Assembly: GCA_964035545.1 (NCBI GenBank) | Contig: OZ037769.1 | Coordinates: 9,570,129-9,634,128, forward strand | Direction: 5' to 3' | Length of the DNA stretch: 64,000 nt | Source of the DNA: Bugula neritina | Taxonomy: Eukaryota; Animalia; Bryozoa | Part shown: piece by piece, positions 41,301 through 54,800 of the stretch | Layout: each line of letters opens with the position of its first letter | Numbering within the stretch: position 1 is the stretch's first letter | Position numbers and translations under genes: made by a program | Notes under the pieces: generated by a model | The model's input: only the letters and a program-made list of their open reading frames with translations | What the model was told of the DNA's origin: nothing | Databases searched by the model: none

Positions 41301-41600
41301 CAGCATAGAATTCTAAGTAAGAGGCAATTTTTTTTGGTATTTCAGCAAATATTTTTCTTCAACATAGCTTGGTAAAATTGGATACTATTTTGCACAATCC
41401 ACATTTCTTTTTATTACCCATCCAAAATGCCGATTTGTTTTTTGCAATATCTTGAGTTTGGGTAGAGATAGAATTCTAGAGTTTGTAGATTCAGAATCAG
41501 CACAAAATTTTGATGTAGAAACAACTTTTTTGAGTGGCCACCTAAAAAAGTGTAATAAGCCAATTTTTTGAGCACTTTTTGGGAGATTACTTCTAGACTA
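38338..41600 (+). mobile_element. Academ-superfamily DNA transposon, degenerate transposase
   Basis: TIRs TAGTCTAGAAGTAA..TTACTTCTAGACTA (TAG..CTA ends) with AAA on both flanks. Transposase motifs DHEEAGT..LLHA, S.DTEV, FHALTGCD, LPPT.DEL.LH.KRASYQAAIW and a terminal Cys-rich CXC region. Confidence 0.8.
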
Positions 41601-41890
41601 AAACACTATTATGTTAATGAGCTCAGAGATGATCGATATCGAGAGTGGCGACTTTAGGGCATAAGAAATCATATAAATTATAAAGGGAATTTATTTTGCC
41701 ACTTTTGATATTTGATTATTTTTTTATTTCATGTGTACATTTTTTAGTTTTGTTTATTGGCATAGTTTTTTACACATTTTTCATTCATATAAAATAAAAG
41801 GCAATTTTAAAGCTGACTCCTTCGCGTAAAAAAAGCTATACAATTTAAGTTTCGCTGGAATTACAACGTGAATATGAATAAAATAATGCT

Positions 41891-44800
41891 TGTAATAACC
41901 ATTTTACCCAAAATGCATTACAATTGCTATAAATGAAAGATAAGTGAATTGGATGCAAATAGTGTTGTGATTTACACAATGTTAATGCGTGGTCCCTAGC
42001 TTGTGATTTTGAGTCAATTATCCGCAGCAATACAGGGCTTGTGATAGGATTAAAATATATTTATTTTCAGTTACATACTAAGAAAAGTTACACATGAAAC
42101 GCTCCGATTAATTAGTTACATCCTCACTAATTACTAGCACGCTCTCTAATTACAGTTATCCTATATGTTACGCATCGCTGGGGGTATCACCTGACGTATC
42201 TCTAATTGGCCAGGGGACACGTTGGGCGCATATCGTGTGCCCCACTACACCGCCCCCCCCAGCAGGAAGCCTACCTTCCTGATAACAGCAGATAAATCAA
42301 TAAAAAATATAAAAATAAGAAAATATAAATGGAGAGAGATGCGTGCGTGGTATATAATACAAAAAAAAATCACAATCACAAAAAAAATAAAACAAAATAT
42401 AAACAACGCTACGGCGTCGACAATATCACACACAAAAAAAATACTTGCAGGCCGACGGCCTATATGACTAAAAAAAGGAAATACTTTCAGACTAACTATA
42501 ATACTGTTATACTGAGATTTTGTCATGACACCGGAACACGAGATTGAAGGCTGTAGATACGACACCACCTGCGGCGTAGTAAGGAATAGGGGAGCAGGAC
42601 GAGGGGAAAGGGTAGTCAGGCACTCAGTCCTAGGCGTTTCTCTTCAGTCGAGCCACAGAGTCACGGAGGGCCCGGAGTTCGGAGGCGGCGGCAAATATCC
42701 TAGGTGTCAACCTTTGCACTTCTCTCTCCAACTTATGTATCCGTTGCTCCGTCTCTTTTAGGTTCCAGGCGCAAGAAGAGTGGCGGTTAGGAGATGAAGA
42801 TATCCAACGCCGCTTACGAGAGGGTCGGGGAGAAACGGGGAGAAACGGGGGGAGAGGGACGCCATCGTTGTGGCACTTCGATGCGTTGTAGCACGACTCT
42901 GGGTATGGAGTTGGGACGGGGGACTGTGTGAGCAGGGGGTGACGGACGGGGTGTTTGGGGTTTCTTAAATCCCGGGGGTTTGGGGCAGGGTCCTTGTGTA
43001 ATGACACGGGGCGCGAGGAACTCTTGGCGCAGCCGTTCATAGCAAGTCGGGTCTGAGATAAATGGTCTGATGAGGTCGAGGAAATGGGGGAAAGAGGGTT
43101 TGTCGACTTCGTAGAGATGTCCAACATGACACCCCATGGTCCACTGGTGGCGAAGGATGTAGTCCCTGTGGTAACTATATTCACCACAGGAACAGAAGGT
43201 GGTGATATAGTGTTGGGGGACGTGGACTCTGAGTCTGCGAGGAGTTGTGAAGTGGAGCTGACACAGACGGCAGGTGGTGCATTGATCATCGCCTTTATAT
43301 TCCTAAATGAGTGCCTCGGTGTCCTTGGTAATTTAGCATGACTGGGTTAAGAGTATTTCCGGCAGCGTGACGGGGGTAGGTTCCTCATCCCAGGCCATCT
43401 CCAATGGCGACATGTCATGAGGGAGAGAAGAGCGAGTGGTATCTAAAAGAGCAGAATTATTGTTAGATCGAGTGTGATCTTTACAGCATAATTCTGATGA
43501 CAACCGACTGTTCCTAGTCTGGGAGTCATGCATCTTTTTATACGGCACTCGAAGCACCGTGTCATGACGTGTAAACTGACTGAGAGACATAGTGTCAAGC
43601 TCCAGATCTAGTAGATTGTCGGCCATTGTTATGTTCTCGTCGTCTTTCACGTAACACTCAGTCCCCAGTAGTTGTGATTCAATCAGAGAGATTAAATCAG
43701 AACTAGCTGATGTTAGACCTGCTTCCATGGATGGGAATGTTAAGTCAAAGCAAGCTTACCTGGGAACCTGGTATTTGAAATCATACTCAGCGTTCAAGCT
43801 TGGATGTTAGTGGATTGGATTTGGATACGTCTGCCCTTGGTGATGTCAGCGTAGGAAAAGACCGGACAGTGTGTTTGTTGCGCACGGCTAGAACTGTTTG
43901 CCCCGAGCATAGTAGTTTTGTCCACTACTCCGACTTCGCAAAAGTTAGTATTCCCGTGGTGTTCACAACTCCCACTTTTTGCTGTCAGTCTTTTCGTACG
44001 GTGCCCAGCTAGACTTTCATAATTGCCGTTTGTAACACGGTCAAATACGAAGTCTTTCAAGTATGCTGGGGGTTGTCTAGTACATTGTCCTCGTTCCAGG
44101 GGAGGTGACCTACTAGCTGGGGCAGACGGTGTAGTTGTTGGTCGGGGCGGTGTACTCACTGGTGGGCTATTGTGCTCCACCGGTGGTGTTTCTGGCCCGT
44201 CGTTGGTGACGGTATTCTCTTCCCCGTCATTGTCTCTGGATGGAGCCTCTCCCACGCGGGGTTTTGCACTTCCGGACGCGGACGCGGATTCGGAAGTGGT
44301 GGTGGAAGGTTTGGCGTTGGGGGCAGAGGGCGCACTTACGTTGATGGAAGTGGCCTTTCCTGCCTTACCGAGTCCTCCTCCCTCGGCACAACCACTTTGT
44401 ATTCTGGTCCATGCCGCCGCCCACGCATTGCTGACTGCCTCCTGAGCTCTAACAATGGGGGGGGGGCTTCTCCTGCTGGGCTAGCCCAATACGGTTTCAA
44501 GGGGGCTTCATTCTGGACAGAGACCTGTCCAGAGCGCTCCAACTTGTACGTATGATTGGGCATCGCCTCAACTACCACATAGGGTCCCACAAACTTAGGC
44601 TGGAGTTTAGCCGCTTGTCCTCGACGCCTACGGTAATTGACCATCCATACCCAGTCTCCAGTTTGATAGAGGGGTGGTTCCTGAGAGTCCTCTTGCCGCA
44701 CCTGCCATTGCTGTGTTCGCAGTATTTCGTGTGCGGCCTTCAGGTCCTCTACCAATTTACTGGCATATTCATGGATGGTGCGGTCCTGTTCAGGGATGTG

Positions 44801-45235
44801 GTATGTGAGGTGGTCGGCACTCGTGTCTCTCGACTAAGCATCAGGAGGTTAAGGGTCTCCCCCGTACTGGTATGCGGTGTACTGCGGTAGGCCCGCATGA
44901 TTTGCAGCAACACCGCATCTCATTCCTCCTGACCTCGGCCGAGGAGCAGACTGCGGAGTGCGCCGCCCAACATGCGATTGTTGCGTTCCACTACCCCGTT
45001 ACCTTGAGGGTGGTACGGAGTGGTTTTGCTTTGGTTCACTCCCCAGAGGCGGCAGAGGTCGCTCAACAGCTGAGACTGGAATTGAGCCCCCTGGTCCGAA
45101 TGTATCTGCTCGGGTAGTCCGAGGTAGCAGAGTACATTTTGATCTAGCACCCTTGCCACTGTTGGGGCAGATGCATCTGGGATGGCCAGAGCGTTGGCCC
45201 ACCTGGTAAAGTGGTCGCTCAATACTAAGATCCTG
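41891..45235 (-). mobile_element. 3' half of a Gypsy element (integrase core, tail, accessory gene type A, PPT, LTR-C ~41891-42249)
   Basis: ORFs 44920..45258, 44336..44755 and 43794..44255. PPT GGGGGGGGCGG directly before TGTAGTGGGG. The LTR's distal end is approximate. Confidence 0.88.
42630..43784 (-). pseudogene. Spliced Gypsy accessory zinc-finger gene, type A (exon 43784-43760, intron 43759-43443, exon 2 43442-42630)
   Basis: ATG ATT TCA AAT ACC AGG TTC CCA G|gtaagc and ctaacaataattctgctcttttag acceptor. CRLC..H...H and CSC..H....C motifs, coiled coil LKETEQRIHKLEREVQRL; frameshifted. Confidence 0.75.
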
Positions 45236-45253
45236 CTGCTGACCTGGTCGGAC

Positions 45254-45663
45254 CACACCTTCGCAATAGTAAAACTTATAGTTTTACTAAAGCATATTTA
45301 AAAGGTGTGTAAACTCAAGCCACAGTGCTCAAGTGACTCTAGGGGGTCACCTAGGAGTCACGAGCATTGCAAAATGCTAGCAGCTTGAGTTTGACTATAT
45401 ATGTATATATACCTGAATCGTGGACAGCAGCTGTTTCGGGGTTTGTCCCCTCATCAGCACAGAACAGAGTACCATGGCCCACACCTTCACAATAGTAGAA
45501 ACTTATGTTTCTACTAAAGCATATTTAAAAGGTGTGTGAACTCAAGCCAGAGAGCTCAAGTGACTCTAGGGGTCACCTAGGAGTCACGAGCCATGCAAAA
45601 TGCTAGCAACTTGAGTTTGTGACCATGGTGAGAGAGCTCAATCACTGAATGTCATTGCTGAGC
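45254..45663 (-). repeat. Two partial units of the hammerhead retrozyme-like repeat separated by short (TA)n
   Basis: Reverse complement of the 3397-3779 repeat, including the GTGACTC/GAGTCAC hairpin. Confidence 0.85.
45418..45463 (-). ncRNA. Type I hammerhead ribozyme (second intact core)
   Basis: CUGAUGA-GGGG acaaa CCCC-GAAA-CAGC u GCUG-UC-CAC. Stem II has G-C where the 2382 copy has G-U. Stem I is shortened by a 1-nt deletion. Confidence 0.8.
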
Positions 45664-45680
45664 ATATATATATATAACAG

Positions 45681-48600
45681 TGGTGGCAGCGGTGGGATCC
45701 TAGCTACTGTTTGGAAACGATGGAAGAACAGTAGAACATTATGGCCGAGAGTACAGCTTCAAACGAAGAAGGTGAGCGAGACACTATCATAAGCCCTCTC
45801 GAGGTCGAAGAGGAGGCGTATAAACATACAGTAGAGGCTCCCATCTTCACGGGCCTAGAAGATGTTGAACAATTTATTCAGGAATTCAATGAAGTTGTAG
45901 CCATTACAAGATGGCCGCCGAGAGTAGCCCTGATAAAGCTACGGATGGCACTGACGGAACAAGCCAGGCCGTACGGGCTGAAATCCAGCGTAAACGAGAT
46001 CTTTGCTGCGCTGCGGGCCCGTTTTAACATACCTGCCGTAGTTGCCAGGGCCCGTTTACAGGGACTGCTCCACAGAACATGTACACCACTCCCGGACCAC
46101 GCTACCCTAGTGAAGAGACTGGCACAGATCGCGTATGGCGACTTGCCAGAAACACACAGGCAGCGCTATACGTTCGAGGCTTTTGTACAGTCAATCAACC
46201 ATTTGGGCCTCCACCACCAGTTACAAGCGAGAGGAGTGACCAGGATAGAGGCTGCACTACAGGAAAGCGGGGCTTACCTGGGGGCCGAACAACTCTATCG
46301 AGTCACTGGAGGATCAGACCACCCGGTCCGAATAGCTGCCGCTACCACTAGCCCCTCCTTGGAGACGGAGGTCGATCGCTTAATGACTATGCTGGAACAG
46401 TTGGTGGCGACCATAACGTGTAGCAGACCCGCGAGATCCAGGAGACCAGAAGAAAAAGCTCCCCGACCAACTGCCCTATGCTGGAGGTGCGGCACGCGGG
46501 GACACCTCTGCTCAAGTTGTCCACAACCTAAGAAACCTGAAACCCCACAATTCGCGGAAGCCCTCAAAACTCCGCGGACCGGATAAGAAGGAAAAGCGGG
46601 GCGGGTACCGCCAGACGTCCGTACGGACTCAGTGGTATGCCCCCCCACCAATGGCAGACACCTCGTCGGACCAGCCAACCTGACCGACAACAAGAACACT
46701 TCTCACTGCCTCTCACTAACCGCTTCAGCCTGCTACCAGAAATGGAGCAGGCTGGCGAGGTCCCTTCGGACATCGGAGGGGATCAACACACCCCTCTGCA
46801 AGAGAACCCTCGCCCCCGCCGGCCCCACAAACTGCGGAACAAACGGGCACCGCCCCGTTCGGCCGAGACCGAACACGCTGGGGGAGTACGGGTACAAACT
46901 CACGGAAATAGCTATTTCTTGCCTGAAAAGGTGGCTGGCAAGGCTGTCACCTTTTTGCTAGACTCCGGGTGTACCACTAATCTCCTCAGCCGTCGGGTCT
47001 TCGACACCCTTCCCCCTAGGAAGAGGGGAGCCTTAGCTCCCTATACCGGGGAACCGGGCACCCTTGCTGACGGGTCGCGGATTCCATTTTATGGTATTAT
47101 AGAGCTGGCTGGGCGCGTCCAGTTGCTACGCGAATATAGCAACGTGTTCAGCAGTGGGGACCATGACGTAAGCCTGACGACGGCCGTTCGTCATGAGATA
47201 CCGTTGGCTGCAGGGACTGCCCCTATCCGACAACCCACTCAGAAATTGAGATCAGAGAAGGAGGTTAGCCAACAAGTCCGGGATCTTTTGGACCGCGGCC
47301 TCATAGAGCCAGCACATAGTGCGTGGAGCTCGCCGGTCGTCCTGGTCCGAAAGAAAGACGGCAGTTTGCGGTTCTGTGTGGATTATCGCAAGCTAAATAG
47401 CGTGACCATACAGGAGGCCTACCCCTTACCCAAGATCGACAAATCTCTGGACGCCCTAGCCAGCAGCAAGTACTTCAGTACGCTAGACTTATTGAGCGGC
47501 TACTGGCAGGTCCCTCTCAGTTCCGACGCCCAGGAGAAGGCGGCGTTCATCACGCGAGACGGCTTATGGAAGTGGAAAGTCTTACCTTTTGGACTGACTT
47601 CCGCCCCCGCCACGTTCCAGAGGCTCATGGAACAGGTCCTCAGTGACTTCCAGACACATGTCAGTCGTCTGCGGGAGGTTTTTGAATGACTCAGAGGTGC
47701 CGGTCTGAAGCTCAAACCCTCCAAGTGCACTCTCTTGCAGCCAGAGGTAAAGTACCTGGGGCACATCGTCGGCCGTCACGGCGTGGTGACAGATCATGAA
47801 AAGGTTTGAGCTATAGAAGACTGGGTCACCCCCCAGAGTTTGACCGGGCTCCGGGCATTCCTAGGGCTGGTGGGGTATTACCGGCAATACATACCAGACT
47901 TTGCGGGGGTGGCGCAGCCGTTAAAATCGGTTCACCGCAAAGGGGTGACCTGGCAGTGGACTTCCGTTGAACAGAGGGCGTTCGACTGCCTCAAGGGCCG
48001 CCTGCTAGAGGCCCCCATCTTGGCCTACCCAGACCCTGCCCTGGAATACATTCTAGATACTGACGCCAGTGACCAGAATGTCGGCGCTGTGCTGTCCCAG
48101 GTGCAGGAGGGCCGCGAAGTAGTCGTGGCCTACTACAGCAAGTCTCTCTCACCCACTGAACAAAATTACTGCACTACCCGCAAGAAACTGCTGGCAGTAA
48201 TCAAGTCGGTGAAGCATTTTAGACCCTATCTATATGGCAGGAAGTTCCGGCCGCGTACGGACCACACCTCCTTGATTTGGTTGTGCAAGAGAGCAGAACT
48301 GTCCAGCCTGGTCGTCAGGTGGCTCGAGGTCCTGGCCGAATTCTCTTACCGGATCGAACATCTGCCGGTAAGAAACACAGCAATGCCGACGTAACATCGA
48401 GAAGAGGGACGGGGGTCCCTCACGATTCGAGTTGAGAGCACTGGATCACCCTAGAATAGAGTATGACTGGGACCAGGGTCGACTCCAACAGAAGGCTGAT
48501 ACGCCTCCGGAGCCCATTCAGAGCCTCTGCGCCAACCTTGTCTTGGCTGGTAACATCAGAGAGCTACGAAAACTCCAAGAAGACTTTCCAGGAGTAGTAG

Positions 48601-49022
48601 CCGGCGTGTACCGAGCCAAGAAGGAGGGGCGACGACCCAGCAAAGAACAACTGCGACAGGGATGCGCTGAGTTACGGCTGTACTGTCAACGTTGGGACTC
48701 TCTGCGGATCGGGCCGAATGGTCTGCTGACCATGACAGTGGCCACCCAAAACAGACACCACGGAAGAGAGAGGGTAGTCTGCCCAGCCGCCATCCGCCGA
48801 GAGTTAGTATGGGACACTCATAAGCAGGCCCACGCAGGGGTCCAAAGGGTGCTCACCAAGTTACAGCTCCGTTGGTATTGGCCCGGCATGGAACGTGATG
48901 TGCGACTCAGGGTAAAACAGTACGAAATCTGCCAGGCCAGCAAGCATGGCCGACTCCCTGGTGAAGCGGGACGGCGTAGGCTATATGCTGTAAGGCCATG
49001 GCAAGTGGTAGCTGTTGACCTG
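45681..49022 (+). mobile_element. 5' half of a Gypsy element (PBS 45681-45698, gag 45741-46586, pol with deletions, ending in integrase AVDL); 5' LTR missing
   Basis: tRNA-Leu PBS; CWRCGTRGHLCSSC knuckle; pol in the -1 frame. Deletions near 47120, 47645 (removes YLDD) and 48390. Confidence 0.9.
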
Positions 49023-49062
49023 TGTCCTCAGATTGAGATATATCTATATATATCTATATATA

Positions 49063-49127
<65 letters not shown>

Positions 49128-49149
49128 TGTATATCTTTGCTATCCCTCT

Positions 49150-50195
49150 AAGTAGAGTATGATGTCTGCCTACAATTGTTTGTGAGTAGCTTGATGACTT
49201 CTGAGTCCTATCAATGATCTGCATATGCGGTCACAGCGGAAGCATTTGAGGTCATCACTCGGTGTGTCTGTTGAGCTAAGCCTTCTTGCGGCCAGCTCTA
49301 AGTTCGTCTCTGTGTCGCATTCTTTCTTCTTCAAAGATTTGCATGCCTTTATGAACCATAGATCTCCATCTGGTCCTCCTTGCGGCATTCCATTCCCAGG
49401 TCTCTGTTCTGATGTGAGAGCGCTTTATACTGTCTTTGAGACAGTCTTTAAAGCGCTTCCTCTGTCTTCCTTGCAATCTTTTACCTATTTGTAGCTCCCC
49501 ATAAAGGATCTGTTTAAGAACTCTGTGTCCTTTTCATTCTCACTACATGTCCCGACCAACGAAGTCTGCTCTTGATGGTGAGGCTTTCAAGGCTTGGAAT
49601 CTTTGTTTGTTGGTATACGCTGTTATTAGTGTGCTTGTCAGTCCATTTGAGGCCCAGTATTCCTCGCAATTTTCTCTTGTATTAATTTTCTAGCTTCTTT
49701 ATGTCAGTACTGTAGGTAGCCCGTGTCTCAGATGCATACAGAAGTGTTGGTATGATGACAGCCTTGTACACTTTCAGCTTTGTGGTTACCTGCAGGTTAG
49801 AGTTGTCAAAGACTCTCTGCCTCAGCTTGCTGTAAGCAATACTAGCAGCTTGAAGCCGTCTGTCTATCTCTCTCCCCAGATCCGCCTTTGATGACAGGTT
49901 GCTTCCTAAGTACACAAAATCGTCAACAGGGCACAATGTTTCACCCCCAGCAACAATAGTGGGAGTGTCAACAATTTTTCCTGGTTTTGGTTGGCAGATA
50001 ACTTGTGTCTTTTTTTGCATTTAGCTGCAGTCTAAGAGAGTTGTAAGCCTTCTCGAATGCAGTCATAGCAGCTTGAAGATGTTCTTCAGAATCCGCCACT
50101 AGAGCATTGTCATCAGCATACTGCAACTCAAAGACTGATGTCTCTGATGTTAGTGTATTGGCGCGGAGTCTTTGCAGGTTAAACAGGTCCCCGAT
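49150..50195 (-). mobile_element. 5'-truncated RTE-clade LINE (RT C-terminus and terminal zinc finger) between two (TA)n tracts
   Basis: LFNLQRLRA, ELQYADDNALVA, FVYLGS, KLKVYKAVIIPTLLYASE, GRQRKRFKD.LK, CFRCDRICRSLIGLRSHQATH. Confidence 0.88.
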
Positions 50196-50198
50196 ACG

Positions 50199-50246
<48 letters not shown>

Positions 50247-51880
50247 ATATATATATATATATATATATATCACGGGTGGTGACTAGTCCTGGCATTTCTC
50301 TATACTTCCCCGTTGGTCATGCGGTGACCACGTGTTAATGGTCGTGTTGACTGTTTTTTATTTCTCCAATCAGGATAAAGGCGAACCTACGATAACGAGG
50401 GAAAGAACATTCTCCCACGTCAGTAAGGGTTTACTGGACTAGCAGTAAACACTTGTTTAACTAATTGTATTAACTTTTCTTGACTGATGTAGAGTTTATT
50501 AATATTGTATCTTGTTGTACAAATACAGTCCTATTATTCTAACGTTACAATCCTTCGGAGTTGATTACATAACTGTCTGTAATGAGCTGATTAGATTATA
50601 CACAAGTACCCACACTGACAAGCAGAAAATTATAACAGTGGTGGCAGCGGTGAAACACCACAACGGGTAGAAGGTGAGCATGACAATAATATTGTTCTCG
50701 TGGACCCCGCGGCAGAAAAAAACAACAAGCAAGCGAGATTAATCCACCAGTTGTGAAATGCCCCGGTCACGCGCAACAACCACAACGCCCAGTCGTTTTT
50801 TATGCTGATGCAGTTAAGAGCAGACGTGTTAGTAGTCACACATAGTAATCATTCCTAGTGCTCCAGTATGCCCGGCGACTCCGGTTTCCGGGGTGAGTTA
50901 TCTATTATGCTTCTAGTACAGAAACTGAATTGCATCAGCCAACTCTGAACTCAGTCAAGTTAATTAGACTGGATATCCGGCTAGTGAAAACAAGTGGCAA
51001 GAATACGGACTGACAGGGGAGTCTTGGTGATTCTAAATTGCGATTCGTATTCTCGGTCAATCATTCACTGGTATTGATCTCGCGAGTGTTAACCGAGAAA
51101 AAGTTAACTGTCAGGCTGTCAGGCGGTACCTTAGTGTAGGCTTGAATTATTACTGTTGTGCTCTTTCAGGTACCACTCGCCCTACTGCTATGGATTCTAG
51201 GACACCTATCCCTACCTGGTCACACGACCACGTACCCAGTCAACCCCTCTTCTCCCCTCATCAACTACAAAGAAGGAGAGTTGCCAGCGCCACTGTGCCG
51301 TCGATGCCGGTAGGTGCCGGTAGGTGCCGCCAGCCACAGAAGAGAAAATTAAGGCCCCGATGGAAGTACCAGGTGCCAATTATGTCATGAGAATTGTCCG
51401 TCTATTTGCTCGTTGAAGGCCCATGTGGATGCCCAGTAGTTGCTAGTCTTCTGCCTCTGTGGACAACATAATGTTCACTCTTACGCCATTATCGAGCACC
51501 AGGCTCGAGCCGGTTGTTACCTCGGTGCCACATATACCGTAGACGAAAACAACTACCAAGACTTTTTTCCTATTATATGACCTCTAGTTTATGAGGGTCT
51601 ACTCCTAGCTGTCCTTTTCCAAGGGTTCTAGACGCTACAGGAATATGCCAGTCATAAATCGCACACCATCTCTAGGCAACCTAGGCCAACACCTCCACAG
51701 AGTGAACCGTTAACCCAAAACAGTGTAGAAGAAGATGTGGATCTACCCCACAGAGATTCTCCATCTATATCAGAGCGTCTTAGTTGCTTATCCACAGTAG
51801 AAGAAAGACTCAGCGGTTGCAGGCAGACTTTACCCAATTGGTGCCCTGACTCTTAACTACTACTACCAGGCTATATCAAT

Positions 51881-54800
51881 AGACCATGTAAAACTCAGCC
51901 AATCAGCGAAGTGTACCAGGTCAATGTCTTACCATTGTAACTGATATAAAATTCTGCAAATTCAATTGCAAAATGCATGCTTCTAAAAGCTAGTTGTGCA
52001 ACTTTTTTTTCATGCATTATTTAATTTCATATCTTAAATTGATGACTCTTGAAAAGATTTTTTAAAATGTCTAAATTAAGTGTTTATAAAATGCAATTAA
52101 AGATTGCATGTCTAGAAAAATGACCTGGTACACTTTTGCAACTTAAGGCCAATTATTACATAACTGCCAGCTTAGTAGTTATTTGTTGTTGCAGCTTGAA
52201 TTGGTTATTGTTTAGCATTGAAAGCTTGTAGTAAACGGCTGTGAATTTGGTACATGACTTTGATTGGCTGGTTTTTGAATGGTCCTTTAGTATATGCATC
52301 TGGATGGCTGGGTAGTGTAGACTCCGCCTACATCTACCTAATGTACAGTAGCCAATCCACAGTAGTATTACAAAACTTCTGTTTAACAAATGAAATATTC
52401 TGGTCATTTGTTTTGTACTTTACAATAGTAAATATTCTATTCAACTGGAATTTTATTGTATGTAAGCCATGGGAACTACTAAGAGGTTAAATCAACCACC
52501 CATGCTGGTAATATTGTTGCTCACAGTAATAGCAAGTCCACACCATAAAAATATACACATAAGCTATTATGTGCAACTTATGAATGCTGAAATGACCCCA
52601 TTTCTTACTTTCAATTTGAAAAAATTGTGTTACATATTCGGCCACTTCTGCACCAAGAGTGTGTTTTCCTTTCAAATTTTGAAAATAGTAGTCAGTTTCT
52701 GCAGCAGTCAACTGCATCCACAATAAACAACGTAAGCTTTCAAATAAACTATAAATATATGAAATATTAGTGTGGAAACAATGTAATTTATTTATTGCTA
52801 TGATGAAAAATTACAAGAATATTATATAAAAGCTAAATATAGATTTCTATAAAATGACACAGGTAAAAATAACACATTTTTACTTCAAATTCTAAATTTC
52901 ATCAGTCACCAATGGTGGCTGTAGATTACAGAGAGCACAGCAGACTATCATAATCATAAGGATGGTCAGCCCACTGAGCAAAATCCAACTCCAACCCTTC
53001 ATTTGGGTTACCAACGCACTAAAGCATATAATGTAAGACGCACTAAAAACAGTGGTTTTAATGGAACATGTGAAGGAAGCGAACAGAAAACGTCTTCAAC
53101 AGACTCAGCTGATATAGAGCAACAGAACTCATCTGACAGCCATCCTCATAGTCAGACTTCATTAGAAGTAACTGAGTTACCAGAATCATCAACTACTCAG
53201 AAAAAAGATCTGCACATTCTATTGATAGACAAAAATCAAAAGTTGGAAGAAAAAGCTCAAAAAGTTCCAAGTTTAAACAAAAAGCAACTATTGAAAAAGT
53301 AAAAGTTTTTAAAACTTTCACCACTACAGATGAGCGAACTAAATTCTATACTGGAATACCTACACATTCTCTATACTATTTTTTAGCAAGGTTAAAATTA
53401 TGATTTTCTTATTGCAAAGATAGACTATGGTTTATTACAAATAAACAATGCAAGTCTCACTATGCTAAAATTTGTACATTGATTAAATTTGATGTGTAGT
53501 AAAACTGTCATTTTAATTAAATTTGTTGCAGTGTGAGTGCATCATTCATACATTTTTTATTAAAGATGTTGTTTTATGTAAGATATTCATAAATACCACA
53601 GTGGTCATCTGTATGCTTTGACTTATTTAGTTTAGGGTGTTATTTAAACAAGCAGCAGTCTTCTATTTGTGGACAAATTGACTCACTTTCTCCAAGAAAA
53701 GTAAATTGTTTTGACTTAACTTTTCCTTGGTTATTTTAAAGCTTATCAAAAGTGGCCTCCTAATCTAATTTTTAGCTGAAACTAACTCAGTGTTTAAAAC
53801 TAAAATGGTTTACACTTGTTACTAGTTTCACTTATTCACAAACATTATTAAATGCTATTCTAGAAATAATATGGGTTTGAATTAGTTATAGTATAATTAT
53901 AAAATGAAGTAATAATTGTTTGTCCACAGTATTTGTTTAAACTCATGACTCCATTCAAAGCATGTACTCAGACAGCTAGCTTATTATGTACTGTTGCAGT
54001 ATTACTTAACACATGTTGACACACATTACATTCTGTTTGGATGGTGATATATTGGGTCAAGCCTTCAACTAGCAGTTCTTGAACTTCATAGTTCTTGCAA
54101 AATATAACTGAAGCTACTTACCAGAGAGTAAAAACTGCTGAATGAATACAAACTAAGCACAAAATTTATTTAGCACATACATTATAATTTGAATCATAAT
54201 TTAATTTTCATTCTTTATTTACTATATTTAGATTTATATGTCCGAAGATGAAAGTTCTCACTCTCAGAAAAAAGCTAACAGGACAAAATAAACTTTTATT
54301 GGCCTTGATGAAGCTGCATCAAAGTTTACAGTTTCAAATGCTTGCTGGCCTTTTTTATATCTCTAGATTGCTAGCAAGCAAAACCTTCAAAGACACATTA
54401 GATATTTTAGCAAAAGAACTGAACAATCTAATAGTTTTTCCAACAAGAGAGAAGCTGAACATCCCTCTGAGCTTTCAAAGCCAATATGCTAACATTAGGT
54501 GCATTATAGACTGCACAGAAATATTCATTTGCAAGCCTCAATCAAAGCTGGCTCAATCTTTAACATGGGGTGAGTATAAAAAGACCAACACCATCAATTA
54601 TTTGGTTGCAATTACACCCAAGGGCACTATCTGCTTTATTTCGCATGGAATGGGAGGTAGAGCCTAAGACAAGTGTGTAGTGAATGACTCTAGGTTCTTA
54701 GACTTCATAAACCCAGGTGATGTGGTCATGGCAGATAGAAGCTTTCTTATTGAAAAAGAACTTATAGGCGCTGGAGCCAAGTTGGCCATACCACCTGGGA

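Noticed and set aside
13833-48000. Numerous antisense and alternate-frame ORFs over gag/pol
   Set aside because: Expected shadows of GC-rich coding sequence. They recur only because the pol copies are homologous.
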